From the NCBI RefSeq assembly GCF_030144855.1, contig NC_082711.1, positions 166,036,001-166,100,000 of the forward strand: 64,000 bases of DNA, read 5' to 3'. This stretch comes from Hypanus sabinus (Eukaryota). Of this stretch, positions 50,398-64,000 are shown in pieces (positions within the stretch are counted from its first letter, which is position 1; every line of letters begins with the position of its first letter). Both the position numbers and the translations under genes were made by a program. Below the pieces are notes generated by a model that made no database searches, was not told where the DNA came from, and saw nothing but the letters and a program-made list of their open reading frames with translations.

Positions 50398-52299
50398 CGT
50401 AAGATTTTTCCTGACAGTGTTTCTGACATCATTCTATTACTTTATTTTGGCTTCCAAAATTGTTAACTGGAAGTTTGGACAAAGGCTACCTGTGTTATCT
50501 GGTTCTGGGATAATGAAAAGTCCAGATTAGATTATTTTCCCTTTATTGATATAACCCATTGCATTTTACAAGTTTTGCACATCAGTTATCCATAATTTAT
50601 TCCAAATGTGAAATTGTAATATTTAGACATTGATAATTATACCATTCATGAATTTGTTTCTATTTTGAGTATACAAGTTCAAAGCCAAATTCACGGCGTG
50701 CTTTCCACTGTGGAAATTTAAGCCAAAGTGCTTTTCCAGTTAAGCAATTTTGAAATTAATGCTTTGTTCAAGGATGGTACATTTGCTTATCTAACCCTAG
50801 ATTTGGCTTCACATATTTTAAAAATGCCTTCCTCAAGCTTTGAGGAAAATGCTGAGTGCTTCATTGACCATTTGCAGAAGTGGGTGGAGTTTGAGATGAT
50901 CTACATTATGGTAAAATAGACCATCCTACTTAAAATAATAGGAAAACATGACTTGAAGTTACATTTATTTTACACAATGGAGCAAGTATTTCAACATTGT
51001 ATCTACTGTTTTCATGGTATAACAGTCTGAGCACCTGTGGAGAGGTGATTGGTGTTGACTGAGGAGGCAGCGAAGGTCTAATGTGTTTAGAAGATGATCC
51101 AAATTAAGGGAGAAAACAAGTTAAGGCAGTGTAACCATTAGCGTTGCAATGTAGAGTAGCAGTCACCGGATATCTGAAATAAACTGGGAAGGTCAAATAG
51201 ATCAGAAAGTATATAGGAATGAGGTGTTAAGGTTTAAAAGAGCAAGCCAGGGATTGAAAAGCAAAATAATATGAATATATTAACCTGAAATATTGCCTCT
51301 TGCTGAACATGACGCTTTTTCTGTTTTTGTTTTAGAATTACAACATCTAAGGTGGTGTGCTTTTCTGATTGTGCGAGTTTAGTTTTTCTCTATTTGATTG
51401 CCAAGATCCACTTTGAAACCTTCACATTTCAATATACAGTTGTAACCCAGCTGTCATGTTTCTATATTTTTGTTCAGCATCAAGAGCTGCTCCAAGGAGT
51501 GCAGAGTATCTGATGCCCTGCTGAAATTCCAGGTAAATAATACCAAAACCCAGGATTGCATGGGAAGTGTGGTGGTTACTGGATGATAAAATACATTATA
51601 GTACTGCACTGATGCAGGTCTCTTGGCTAAAGGTGTTAATGCCAGTATTCTTAAGGACTTCCAACACCATCTGGATCATTTTGTCACTGCTTAAATGGTT
51701 TTCCTTGTGCAGCATTGGATAAAGAAAATTCTGCCTCACTGGAATTACTGTCATATTTGTGATTCCTGTATTAGATTCCCTACAAGCAAAAACAGTTCTT
51801 TTCAGTTACTTCAAAAGACTTCAGGAATGCAGGCATCCAGTTAATTCAGTCTTATGAGAGCTATTGTCTCTTGGTATTTAATATTTATTTTATTAATCTT
51901 TTAAAAATATGGTGGATGTAGTTGTGCAGAGTACTTGCATCGACCTGGTTCTTAATATAATTTTCAACACTGCAATTCTCACCCTGTGCAACATTCTCCT
52001 TTTGTAACATGAGTGTAATGTACTATCGCATCAACGTGCTTTGTTTAAATAAAATACAATTGAATGATATATTGTTAAAAGTGAATCAAAGTTCATAGAT
52101 CTTGTATTTATGCAAATGCTATTTATTGAACTGGCCAACTGATAATCAAATTTTTTTCAAGTGCTGGAAATGCTCAGTGGTTCAGGCTGCATCTGTGGGA
52201 AGACAAATCACTGACATTTTAGGTGTAAGGAACTGGGAAGGAGAGAAAAACGTAGGTAGCATGGAATGGGGTCAGCTATCTGTAAGTGCCCAGTCTTAT

Positions 52300-52640
52300 G
52301 GGGACAATCAGGGACCCCCACTACATAGGTCATGCTTTCTTCTTACTGTTACATCAGGAAGAAGGTACTGGAGCTTTCCTAACCCTAAAATCACCAGGTT
52401 TAGGAATAGTTTCTACTCCTCAGCCATCAGGCTCCTGAATTTCACTTGCTGTATCACCGAACTATTCCAACAAATTATGGACTCACTTTCGAGGACTCAT
52501 TCTCAATATTGCTTATTTAATTAGCCTTTTTTTTTGTATTTGCACACTTGTCTGTTAGCGTGATCTTTCATTATGGTTATTTGATTTATTGCATATGTCT
52601 ACAAGAAACTGCAATAATACGTTTATTTTGAACTTTGATA
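52300..52640 (+). mobile_element. Rex1-type 3' fragment
   Basis: SGRRYWS...TRFRNSFYSSAIRLLN. Confidence 0.7.
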
Positions 52641-53594
52641 AGCTGTAAAGATTATGTGGTCAGTGGAAGGCGTTGGAGAGGGAGAAAAGGCAAATGTAGG
52701 AGCTACAAAATGCAGAGTAGGAAAACCTGATGGGGAAAGGAGCAGAGGCTTCGAAGGTGGATGGAAGTTGAGGGCTAGGAAAGGCAATCTCTTCTCCCCC
52801 CCCCCCCCCATCCTGTGAAGACAGCTATGGTTGAGAAGTTAAGATGCACCTTATTAGAAAGTATAATGAAGGCTGAAATACAGAGGAAAGAAATCCTTAC
52901 AGGAGGCAGGTTTGAGTGAAGAGTTGTGGCAGTCAATAAGTTGCACCTGTTAGGGATAAACCAACTAGAAAAAGATGAATTGGAGGTTGGCAGTAGAACA
53001 GTGAGAATGTTCTTTCTGAGTACATAAAGGAAGGCCAATGCAGTTATTGACGCACTGTAAAAAGTTGGGAAAGTGGGCCTGAGTAAAAAGAAATGAAGAA
53101 TAGCTTGGGCCCATAATTACACCTTTGATCTGGAAAATTTTATTGGCATTTCAGCAGAATTTTTGTGTTCACATGGACATATTACCTTTATCTCCTATTC
53201 CCATTGTCACTCAGGCTCTCCCCATCAGAGATATCCACCTTCCCTGCAGCCTAACAAGCTACTCTCCTTTCTAGTTCTGATGAAAGCTTTCGATCTGAAA
53301 TGTTAACTGCTTTCTTCTCAGTTGTGGCTTGATGGCGAAGTTTTTATGGTTTTGATTTCCGGCATCTCCAGTTTTAAAAAAAGTTATTTCCAGCTTATCT
53401 AGTTTCTCTAAGTACAATTTCTCCATAAATTTGATTGCTATGAAGCTGGAAAGGAATTCAAATAATTTCTTTACCATGAATATACAGTATGAAGTTGATC
53501 ATTTTAATTTACTTTTACCAATGTGCTCAATTTCATGCTTGTTCCAAAGAAATTGCTAATGAATTTTAGTAAAACAATGTGCAGTCACAATTGA

Positions 53595-53985
53595 CTTGCC
53601 TGCTGGCATTTAGAGCAGCAATGAAGATCCTCCATCTCTTGGTCTTGGTGCTGTTTAGGGCTTCCATTATTGTGTTCCTCTCAGTTTTCACTGCTGTCAG
53701 CCATGTAAATCCCTGGTTGGAGACTCAGGAATATTGTTGCAGGGTGATGTAAGAAGACACTTCATTGCTGTTTCCATAAAAGATTTGTTTGACTAGTCAG
53801 GGTTGTTATCTCTGAGCCAAACCTGGAGGATTGGTGACTGCTGTTAGTCTGGCCTCTACCCTTTGACCTGTTCAAAATGGGTGACCCTATAAAGGGCCAA
53901 ATCACCCCAACCAGCACAGTTCTCGGAGTCGTTGAGGTACATAAGCCTCAGAAGCGTGATATGGTTATGGTCCTATTGGAGATTA
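53595..53985 (-). mobile_element. Internally deleted non-autonomous RTE-clade element
   Basis: RTE/BovB-like 5' leader (gggtcacccat...gaacaggtcaaagggtagaggccagac...cctccaggtt) joined to an RTE-like ORF end (RWRIFIAALNAS). Confidence 0.6.
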
Positions 53986-54029
53986 TAAGTGGTTAATCAT
54001 TCTTAAATGATATCTTGGCATGATATGCA

Positions 54030-55720
54030 GTTTTTTGCAGAAACTTTCATATGCTTTTGTGGGCTGCTACATTTGTAGTCAGAAGCTTAATCTCCAATGA
54101 TGCACAATTTTAAAAGGATAGGCAGAGGAGAAGTGGGCTCTGCTGGTAAAAAAAAATATGAAATTAAAATAGGGGGTGACAAAGAATCATAAGATGTCAA
54201 TTCCTTGTGGATAGAGGTAAGAAATCTCTGATGGGAGTTATTTACAGGCCTCCAAACTATGGCTGGGATGTAGTCTACAAATTAGAACAAGCATGTAAAA
54301 AAAATCAATGTTAAGTTAGTCAATATGCAGATAGATTGGGAAAATCACGTTGATGTTGGGTCTCGAGAATTTGTGGGATGCCTCCGAGCTGGCTCTTGGG
54401 AGCAACTGGTGTTTGAGCCCACTAGGGGATCAGCAATTCTGAAATAGGTGTTGTGTAGTGAGCTGGATATGATGAGGGAGCTTAAGGTAATGAAACCTTT
54501 AGGAAACAGGTCATAATATGATACAATTCATCCTGCAATTTGAGAGGGAGAAGGTAAGGTTAGATTTATCAGTATTACAGTGGAGTAAAGGGAATTATAG
54601 AGGTATCGGAGGAGCTGGTCAAAGTTGATTGGAAGAGGACACTAGCAGGTATGATGGCAGAGCAGCAATGGCTGGAATTTCTGGGAACAAAAGAAGGCAC
54701 CATATAGATACATCCCACAAAAAAATAATTATTCTAAAGGGAGGATGAGTCAATCATGGCTGACAAGGGAAGTCAAAGCCAACATAAAAGCAAGAAAGGG
54801 CATATAATGGAGCAAAAAAATTTAGTGGGAAGTTACAGGATTGGGAATTTAAAAAACTGACTGACTAGAAGTAACATGGGAGGGGGAAGATGAAATATGA
54901 AGGTGAGCTAGCCAATAGAATCAAAAAATAATAGCAAAAGCTTTTTACAGATATGGAAATAATAAAAGGCAAGAGTAATTGGACCATTGGGAAAATGATG
55001 TTGGGGTGATTGTATTGGGGGACAAGGAAATGGATGAACTGAATTAAGTATTTTGCATCAGTCTCCACTGTGGAAGACTTAAGTAGTATGCAGGAAATGC
55101 AAGTGTTGGGACAGAAGTGAGTGTAATTGCTTTTATGAGGGAGATGGTGCTTGGAAAACTGAAAGGATCCAAAGGTTGATAAGTCATCTGGACCTGTTGG
55201 ACTACATCCCAAGGTTCTAAAAGAGGTAGCAGAAGAGATCATGGAACCTTTACTAATGATCATTCAAGAATCAGTTGGTTCTGGGGGACTGAAGAATTGC
55301 ACGTATAGCAAGCAGAATGGACAGGAGAATTGGTGGATGATGTGCCCTTGGACTTTATTTCTTTTTCTTTCTTAAATCTTTTTAAACAAAACAAATACAG
55401 AAAACCTGAGAGTACATGGACTTTCAGAAAGCCTGTGACAAAGTGTTGCACAATGAGGCTGTTATAAAATGAGAGCCCAGGGTATTACATTGGCTCATTA
55501 GCAGGCAAAAAGTGGGAATAAAGAAATCCTCGTTGGATTGGCGGCCAGTGACTCGTGCTCCAAAGGAGTCTGTAGTGGGATTGGCTTCTATTTACATTGT
55601 TCACAATTTGAAAAGTGAAATTGTTGACCTTGTGGCCAAGTTTGCTTAGTGATAGGGATCTCTTTGAAACCTATCAAATGTTGAAAGGCCAAGATAGAGT
55701 GGATGTGGAGAGGATGTTCC
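54030..55720 (+). mobile_element. Degraded CR1 ORF2 (endonuclease to RT)
   Basis: GVIYRPPN, EPTRGSAIL, KSSGPVGLHPKVLKEVAEEI, DFQK motifs with many disruptions. Confidence 0.85.
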
Positions 55721-56429
55721 CTCTAAGGTACGTATCTTTTGCTGGTAGCACACAAAGGAATTTAAACTGCACAAAGGCTAATCACCAGCTATGTCATTGG
55801 CATGTTATAAGTGTATTTCACAATTTTACACAATCACATTTCCTTTTCCAGCTTCTTATGCAGATGGTGTTGACAATATGGAGTTTGAAGAAATTGATGC
55901 TAAGGGCAAGAGGCATAAAAGAACAAGTTCATTTAAAGCTCAGGAAGTCAGAAATATGCAGCTATGAGAAATATTCATTTACAATACAGAAACTGGTGTT
56001 ACCTGGGTGTATTGTTGTGATGCAGAAGCTGCTGGAGAATTTGCAAGTGCGAAGAAGTGGAGTGGTATTTGGAAACTTGTGTTTTTAAAGCTTCACTTAA
56101 CAAGCAAATCACACATGGACAGTGTGCAAAAGCTCCAGCGAGTGGGTAATCCTTCATTACCCACTAAAGGCCTGCTACGTATATTTTGTTGAGAGTGCAA
56201 ATGAAGGAGAGCAAAAACAATGAAACCCAGAGGAGATTAAAATTCTTTTTGACAGTTATTTTATTTCTCTTAAGCAATGAACAACAAGCTGAACTTGGTA
56301 ATTTATTATTCTTAGAATAGCTTCAAGTTTACTTTGGCTTAAAAATTCAGTGTGCATGTGTTGTCTCTGGGCAAAAAAAAAATTGCACAGCACAAGACTT
56401 TTTTTTGCACACTGGTCATTGCAAATTAG

Positions 56430-56735
56430 AGAAATCATTGGTGGGGGAGTCTCAGACCAGAGTACACAGTCTCACATCCATTTAGAACAGAGATGAGGAA
56501 TTTCTTTAGCCAACAGGTGGAGAATCTGTGGAATTTGTTGCCAAACAGGGCTTTGGATTCTTGGTCACTGGGTGCACACAAGGCATGATTTATAGGTTCT
56601 TGTCAGGGCATGAAAGGTTATAGAGATAAGGAAAAGGAGAATGGGGTTGAGAGGGAAATGGATCAGCCGTGATGAAACGATGGATTCGACTCGATGGGCT
56701 GATGACCTAATTTTGCTTCTATGTCATATTGTATC
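56430..56735 (+). mobile_element. CR1 3' end fragment
   Basis: gagatgaggaatttctttagccaacaggtggagaatctgtggaatt plus 3' tail. Confidence 0.75.
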
Positions 56736-59045
56736 GCCTAATAAACTTAGCAATTTGCTTTTAAATGTAGGGCTGCTCATTGTTATCACTACAGTCGGCT
56801 TTCTTCACAGAATAACAACTCTGTAGACAGTCAATGATTGATACTCTTCCCCATTTTAGGCTTTGAATCTTCTGCTGTACAGAGGGGCAAATTCTTTTTC
56901 CTGTGAATGTATAACTAGTCACGAAGGCTTGTTAGTGCTTTTGAAGAAGAAACTGATGAGCTAATCAATGTTTCTCGCTCCTCTCATTGGTCTGTGGAAT
57001 AAATTTAGTGCATTTTAAGTTCATCAAACTTTATAACTCATTTGCAAATATTACTTGAGTACATTTAATCCTAAGGAGGAAAACACTCCTAATGCCAAAA
57101 CAAAATTTCTTAAAAGTTTCTTTGACTATTTGAAGTCTCATTAACAACTGTGCAAGCAAGATGCAGCCAGAATAATCAGTGAAGATAGTTGTCCAACCAT
57201 TATATAGGCATCTTAAGTTTTATTGGTAAAAGTGACAGATTGTAATCCCATTTAAGGGGTAAACAATTCTGAATGAAATACAGAATAGTGGGTTGGGAGG
57301 GGTGGGCATAGAACATGAAACTGTGTCCTGTAGCAATATTTAAAATTGTGAGAGCTATAAATTAAGGTCCATAGCTAGTGGGTATTGATTTAGGGTAAGA
57401 GGGGAAAGATTTAAAATGGATCTGACAGGGCAGCTTTTTCATGCAGAATGTGTTCAGAAATGAAGCAAGTTCTAAGGGGAAGTGGTTAAGGCAATAGTAT
57501 TGATGAAGAAACACTTGGATAGGTACATGAAGGGTGTGGCTTGGAGGAATATGGCCAAACACAGGAAATTGGTACTAGCTGAGGTGGGCACCTTAGCACG
57601 GACTTGCTGTTTTTTTTTATAACTCAAATTATAGTTGCTTTATGATGTAAATTTCTATAACATTTTGAGGCCTAGTTTTGCAGCAATTTCTGCATGCTGT
57701 GTTTTGCCCCCTTCAGGATGGAAATTTTGCATTTGATATCTGGCTTTTCTGATTATTTTAGAAAGCACAATATTTTAATTGTTTTATTTTCTCTCAGTGG
57801 CTAGGTTATTATACAGTGTGATTCTACTTTGTGTGATCAAACCTAGAAATTTGATCCCACAGACATAATTCTTAAATTGCTTATTTTTTAAAAATAATTA
57901 CAGTATATGTATGCCCTACAATGCTGATTTATGTAGGCAATTTATTTTTATACCACTGCAAATAGATTGTGCTGGTTAGAATATAAATGTGATTCAAATT
58001 GGCTACTAATCTGAGCCAATTAATTATTTTTTAGTTTCAGAAGGGGAAGTGAATGAAATTTTTAAAACTCCCATTGTATGAAATACATTTCATATTTTCC
58101 AATATAGTCTTGTATGTCAAGAACGCATAGATTTCTAGACTGCAATTAAAGACAACAATCTATTGCTGTTAATAGCCACATTTTGTCCCTGCTTGTTCCA
58201 TCATTGGATGTGACCCTATTGATTTGTAATAGATTACATAGTCCTAATTTACCTGAATTTGAGAACTGTCTGAATCAGTTTTAGAGCCCACTCTGAATTA
58301 CAGACAGACAGTCATACTTTATTGATCCCGAGGGAAATTGGCAGAAAAGGTACCTGGTAAAGCCAATTTTCTCACCTAAAGCATATTGTACCAGATGGGT
58401 TTCTAAAGCCTTTTAGATAGTGCCTCATAGTAGAACATTTTACCTTCTGGAAATTTGTCACTTTCACTCCAGTATTCCTTACAACTATGTGACAATTTGC
58501 AACAGATACTGTTCTTGAGAAGAAAAACTGGTGAATTAATAGTTGTAAAAACCTTAATATAAGTTAGCTGATCATCTACCACTGATGTAATGATTATGAT
58601 GTAATTGTAAAAATAAGTCAAGTTGCTCAGTATTTAGAACAGCATTTTCTGTCTGTTGCCCGTGCCTATGAAAGAATCTTGATCCTTGTGTTTATTGTAG
58701 AATATATAAATGTCTTTATTCCACTGTCACTTTTAAAGTACAATCCAGTGAGTAACACTTCCAGGATTTTTGTTTTCCAGATCTAAGATTGTGATTAAAA
58801 AGACTTGTGTAGGCAGGTTACAGATTCCACAATTATGACTAATCAGAAGTTTATAGTTGAAAGATCCTAGAATAATGGAAGAATATTTTTGTACACTGGA
58901 TGAAAAAAAATCTCAACCTTGTATATTTGAAATTAGCTTTAGAAAAAATGTTGCTCTTACAATTCAACCTTTTTCATTATTTGCTTTCTTAAAGTTGAAC
59001 GGAATCATTCATAATTAGAAACACAGTATTGTGTATATATTCTGT

Positions 59046-59543
59046 TCGTGGCCTAAGGTAGGAGTCAATTTTAGAAAACCTAGCAGATCTATTTTTCAAC
59101 ATAGTCCCCTCCTACATTTGCACACCTAGTCCAGCAGTCATGGAGCATACAGATCCCTTCTTTGTAGAAGTTGACATCTTGGATCTCCAGAAGTGGTCCA
59201 CAGCAGAGGTGATTGATAAGTTTGTGCCCTAAGGTAGAAGGAGAAGTGTTATACAGCTCTCGTTACATGCACATGCAGTTCAACTCTTTGATTATGTAGA
59301 AAGTTTGAAGTTAATAACTTGTGGTATTTCTGTTTCAGATAATTGAAAAGTAAGCACTGTCAGAGAAAACGGACAACATTGGCCTTCATGCAATCATCCG
59401 CTACCTCGGTCTCAAGGACTTAGCACCCAAGGAAGTCCATGAGGACATGGTGGCAGCACTAGGGGAGGGTGAAAAATAAAAGTGCTAGGTTTTCTAAAAT
59501 TGACTCCTACCTGAGGCCACGAGCTTATCAATCACCCCTCTTA
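59046..59543. mobile_element. Rearranged non-autonomous mariner element
   Basis: 40-bp inverted repeats 59046-85 and 59483-522 (39/40); transposase N-terminus DNIGLHAIIRYLGLKDLAPKEVHEDMVAALG on +; C-terminus QDVNFYKEGICMLHDCWTRCANVGGDYVEK* on -; ends cccctctTA. Confidence 0.85.
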
Positions 59544-59612
59544 TATATACCTTGATACTGTACCATGTCATGCAAGTTCTGATAAGTTGATGTATCAGTC
59601 GCTACTATTGAG

Positions 59613-60097
59613 TAACACATACAAAATGCTGGAGGAAGTCAGTAGGTCCGGTGGCATCTATGGAAATGAATAGATGGCGACGTTTCTAGCAAAGTCTCTT
59701 CTAGACTGAGAAGGAAAGGGGAAGATGCCAGAATGGTCTGGGGAGAGGGGAAAGAGGCAAGCTGGAAGGTGATAGATGAAGCCAGCTGGGTAGGAAAAGT
59801 AAAGGGCTGGAGAGGAAGGATCATAGGAGTAAGGGACCCAGTGGGAAGTAATACACAAGTGAGAAGAACCAAAAGATCAGAGTGGGAAATAGAGGAATGG
59901 GGTGGGGTGAATTTGTTTACTGGAAGGGAAAATTGATATTCATGCCATCAGGTTGAAGGGGTCATCAGTCCCAAAGAAGAAGCTCGGCCTGAAACATCAA
60001 GTTTCTATTAATTTCCATAGATGCTGCCTGAACTGCTGTGTTCATTTTCTGTGAGTTGCTTTGGATTTCCAGCACTTGCAGACTGACTTGTATTTAT
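59613..60097. mobile_element. Penelope-derived repeat with inverted second end
   Basis: - strand copy 59613-59957 followed by + strand copy 59966-60097. Confidence 0.7.
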
Positions 60098-60959
60098 GAT
60101 TTATTGCTATTGAGTGCTGTTCACCATCAATAAAGCAAAATGGCTGGTAGCTCTAGTCTTTAATTGACCTGCTAAAGCAGCAAAGTTGAAGTGTGTTAAC
60201 ACTAGTGATGAGCATGGGATGTTGTCGGAGGAGTAGGGTAGTGATCGAGTATATGAGGGTAGAAAGCAGCTGTAATAGCAGATTGCAGGAAAATGAGGTT
60301 GTATTATCTTTGTAGATAGAATAGATGCCATTGTTGCCGAGAGGTGATGTTAGGGTTTTGGGAAGGGCAGTAGATAGAGCCGTACACAAAAAGAGGAATC
60401 CAATATTGCTGCTGCTATTAGTACCTGAGATGAACAAAGCACTAGCAAGATTATTAGCACAAGTCAGATGTGGGTATTGAAATAGCTTTAAAAACATTTT
60501 TATCCATGAACTGGACACTTTTGTGACACACTCAGTAAACAGAGTGAGGGAACAGAAGAGTGACTATGTCATTAAATTCTGTAAGCTACTTGACCTCAAT
60601 GCCAATTTGGGATGCTCTTTTTAATTACTCCAAACAGGACACATTGCACCAGGAGGCAGGTTCCTCAAGAAGATGGCTTCTGGTAATAACAAACCATATA
60701 ACAATCACAGCACGGAAACAGGCCATCTCAGCCCTCCTAGTCCGTGAATGATGGTATCTCCTGTTTGTGTTGGATGAAACCGGCAAAAATGCAGTAAACT
60801 CCTGTTGCATTTCCATCCATATGCTTGAATCAGAGAGCAATGAGGTCTAGTATGTTCATTAATTGCCATCTCCCTGGAGTTGGACTGCAAAATCACCTGG
60901 TGGGAGTACGTGAACAGAGCTACCTTTTCAATCAGGTCCACACTCAAGATTAAAAAGAC

Positions 60960-63042
60960 AACTACAATGTATCTACAAGGGGATTACAGGGGCATGAGGA
61001 AGGAGCTGGCCAAAGTTGATTGGAAGGGACACTAGCACGGATGAAGGCAGAGCAGCAATGGCTGGAGTTTCTGGGAGCAATTTCGAAGGCGCAGTATCGA
61101 TACATTCCAAAGCAGTGAAAGTATTCCAAAGGCAGGATGATGCAGCCATGGCTGACAAGGGAAGTCAAAGCCAGTGTAAAAGCAAAAGAGAGGACATATA
61201 ATAGAATAAAAATTAGTGTGACGTTACAGGATTGGGGAATTTTTTAAAAACAACCGAAGGAAACTTAGGGAAAAAAACATAAGGGGGAAAAGTTTGAATA
61301 TGAGGGTGAGGTAGCCAGTAATATCAAAAATTATACCAATAGTTTTTTCAGATTATATAAAGAGTAAAGGAGAGGTGAGCATAGATATTGGACCGCTGGA
61401 AAATGATGCTGGAGAAATAGCAATAGGTAAAGGAAGTGGAAGACAAACTAAATAAGTATTTTGTGTCTTCACTGTGGAAAACACTAGCAGTATGCCAGAA
61501 GTTCAAGAGTGTCGAGGTAGAATTGTGTGAAGTTGCCATTACTGGGGAGAAGGTTCTTGGGAAACTGAAACGTCTGAAGGTAAACAAGTCACCTGGACCA
61601 GATGGTGTACTCCCCACAGTTCCAAAAGAAGTGGCTGAAGAGTTTGTGGAGGCATTAATAATGATCTTTCAGGAAACAATTGATTCTGTCATAAGGCCTG
61701 TGAAATGGAAAATTGCAAATGTCACACCACTCTTCAAGAGAGGCAGAAGAAAGGAAATTATAGGCCAGTTAGTCTGACCTTGGTAGTTTGGTTAGATGTT
61801 GGAGTTGATTGTTAAGGATACGGTTTTGGGGTACTTGGAGGCACATGATAAAATACGCAGTAGACAGCATGGTTTCCTCAATAGAAGATCTTGCCTGACA
61901 AATCTGTTGGAATTCTTTGAAGAAATAATAAGCAGGATAGACTAAAGAGATTAAGTGGATTTTGTGTACCTGAATTTTCAGACCTTTCACAAGGTGTCAC
62001 ACCTTGTGTCTGCTTAACAAGTTAGGAGCCATGTTATTCTAGGAAAGATGCTAGCATGGATAAATTGGTGGCTGATTGACAAGAGGCAAAGAATGGGAAG
62101 AAAGGGAGCCTGTTTTGATTGACTGCTGGTGACCAGAGGTGTTCCACAAGGGTCTGTGTTGGGACTGATTCTTTCTAATTTATATGTCAATTATTTGGAT
62201 GATGGAATTGGTGGCTTTGTTCCAAAGTTTGCAAACAGTATGAAGATAGGTGCAGGTAGTTTTGAGAAAGTAGAGAGGCTACAGAAGGTCTTAGATTATG
62301 AAAATGGGCAATGCAGCTGATGGAATAACGTTGGGAAGTGTATGGTCATGCACTTTGGTAGAAGTAAAAGCATAGACCATTTTCTATGTGGAGAGTAAAC
62401 TTGAAAATATAAGGGGCAGAATCCTTGTACAGGATTCCCTAATGGTTAATTTGTAGATTAACTCAGGAGTGAGGAAGATGAATACAATGCTAGCATTTTT
62501 TTCAGGAAAACTAGAATATTAAAGCAAGGATGTAATGTTGAGGCTTTATAAAGTGCTGGTGAATTCTCACTTGATATATTGTGAGCAGTTTTAGGCCCTT
62601 TAGTTAAGAAAGGATGTGGTGACATTGGAGAAGATACAAAAGATGTTTATGAGGATTGAAAGGCTTGTCATGTGAAGAGTGTTTGGCTCTGGGCTTGTAC
62701 TCACTGGAATTCAGACCTCATTTAATAACACATTAAATGTTGAAAGTCCTGACAAGTGGATGGAGAGAGGATGTTCCCTATAGTGCAGAGTCTAAGACCA
62801 GAGGGCACACTCAGAATAGAGGGCAGACCTTTTAGAATGGAGATGGTGAAACTAGTTGTGGAGGTCATGTCATTGGGTATACTTAAAGCAGAGGTTGATT
62901 GATTCTTGATTAGTCAAGGGATGAAGGGATATGTGGAGAAGGCAGGAGATTGGGGCCGAGAGGGAAAATCGATCAGCCATGAAGAAATGACAGAGCCAAC
63001 TGGATGGGCCAGGTGACCTAATTCTGCTGCTATATCTTATGG
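60960..63042 (+). mobile_element. Degraded CR1 LINE (ORF2 RT to 3' tail)
   Basis: KSPGPDGV, WKIANVTPLFK, VTRGVPQGSVLG, 3' tail ctaattctgctgctatatcttatg. Confidence 0.9.
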
Positions 63043-63584
63043 GTAGTTGGCAATAATGTATTGGTGGTATTCTTTGTAATTGAAAACACATCGATATTAC
63101 TGCAAGATTCTGAGTTTCAGGGAAATATTTAAAGAGCATTTCATTGAGGCAGAGTAAATTGAGTTCCGTTATCTAACACAATGATGGTCCAGTGCTGTAT
63201 CCAGCAATCATAGTCATTGATTGGATTGAGTCCTTGAATTAGGGGATTGTGTGCTTTGAAGAATTGTGGTGATGAAATCCTCGAGCTACTCAAGCTATGG
63301 GGTGCATCAACCTTGCCCAAAACATAACTGTACAGGTGAACTCCAGCGTTATCATGCAGCTCACATACTCACATAGCGACACCAAGCCCATTAACTGGAA
63401 TTCTTGCAGAGTGATCATGGAGAGTGAAACTGTGGACACTATGCTTTACATGGGAAGGGGAGTAAAGATGCATATATTTAGTGAAAAGTCCTAATGAATC
63501 AGATGACTTGTTCCGCAGAGGTAGGTGTGATTATCTCTACCAAGCAACAGTGTAGATAGATTTTGAAGAGCATTTTGATTTAAA

Positions 63585-63940
63585 GAGATAAGATCAGCTT
63601 TATTTGTCACATATTGAAATGTGCAGTGAAATGCTGCTTTTGCATCAACAGTCAACACAGTACAGGGGTGTGCTGGGGCAGCCCACAGGTGACGCCATGC
63701 ATCCAAGACCAATAAAATATGCCCTCAACTTACTCTAACTCATGTCTTTGGAATGTGGGAGGAAACACATAGTCACTTTGGAAGAAATAATGGAACACTT
63801 GGCTTTCTTAAGAGTTAATGCATGTGATGGTTACATTTACGAGGTATTTCTACAAGATCCAGTGAAGTGTAGCCAGAACTCGGGATTAAACCCAGGTTGT
63901 TAGAGCTTTTGTTTTGGCTCTGTGCTGCTCTAGTACAGCT
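63585..63940 (-). mobile_element. tRNA-derived SINE-like element (HE1/V-SINE-like core)
   Basis: On the - strand: gtttcctcccacattccaaagacatg core and B-box-like cctgggtttaatcccg. Confidence 0.5.
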
Positions 63941-64000
63941 ATGACTCAGCTTGTTGCTTATCAACAAGAAAGGGTGCTTGGTCAGAAGTATCATCTTTTT

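Noticed and set aside
51478-51532. Isolated 55-nt exon-like unit on +
   Set aside because: No partner exons in phase and no recognisable peptide

Overview
Vertebrate genomic DNA. The repeat landscape (HER1-like CR1 LINEs, Rex1/Babar, Penelope-derived repeats) suggests a cartilaginous fish; this is inference. Three genes are recognisable: the first coding exon of HEATR6 (- strand, 3649-3837), the complete DYNLL2 gene (- strand, 89 aa, two coding exons plus a non-coding first exon) and the complete SRSF1 gene (+ strand, 4 exons, 249 aa) with its conserved GGA-rich 3'-UTR splicing/NMD autoregulation module. Between DYNLL2 and SRSF1 lies what looks like a decayed multi-exon protein gene on the - strand (~19.7-36.9 kb). 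Its canonical splice sites chain in phase and its in-frame stops are explicable by C>T decay. I could not identify the protein. The rest is transposon debris: CR1, Rex1, L1, RTE, Penelope-like elements carrying minimal hammerhead-ribozyme motifs, a Tc1 MITE, a rearranged mariner, a solo LTR and an unexplained ~120-bp-arm inverted repeat. No CRISPR, rRNA or tRNA genes were seen. Repeat boundaries are approximate. Comparisons to human sequences are from memory and need alignment.
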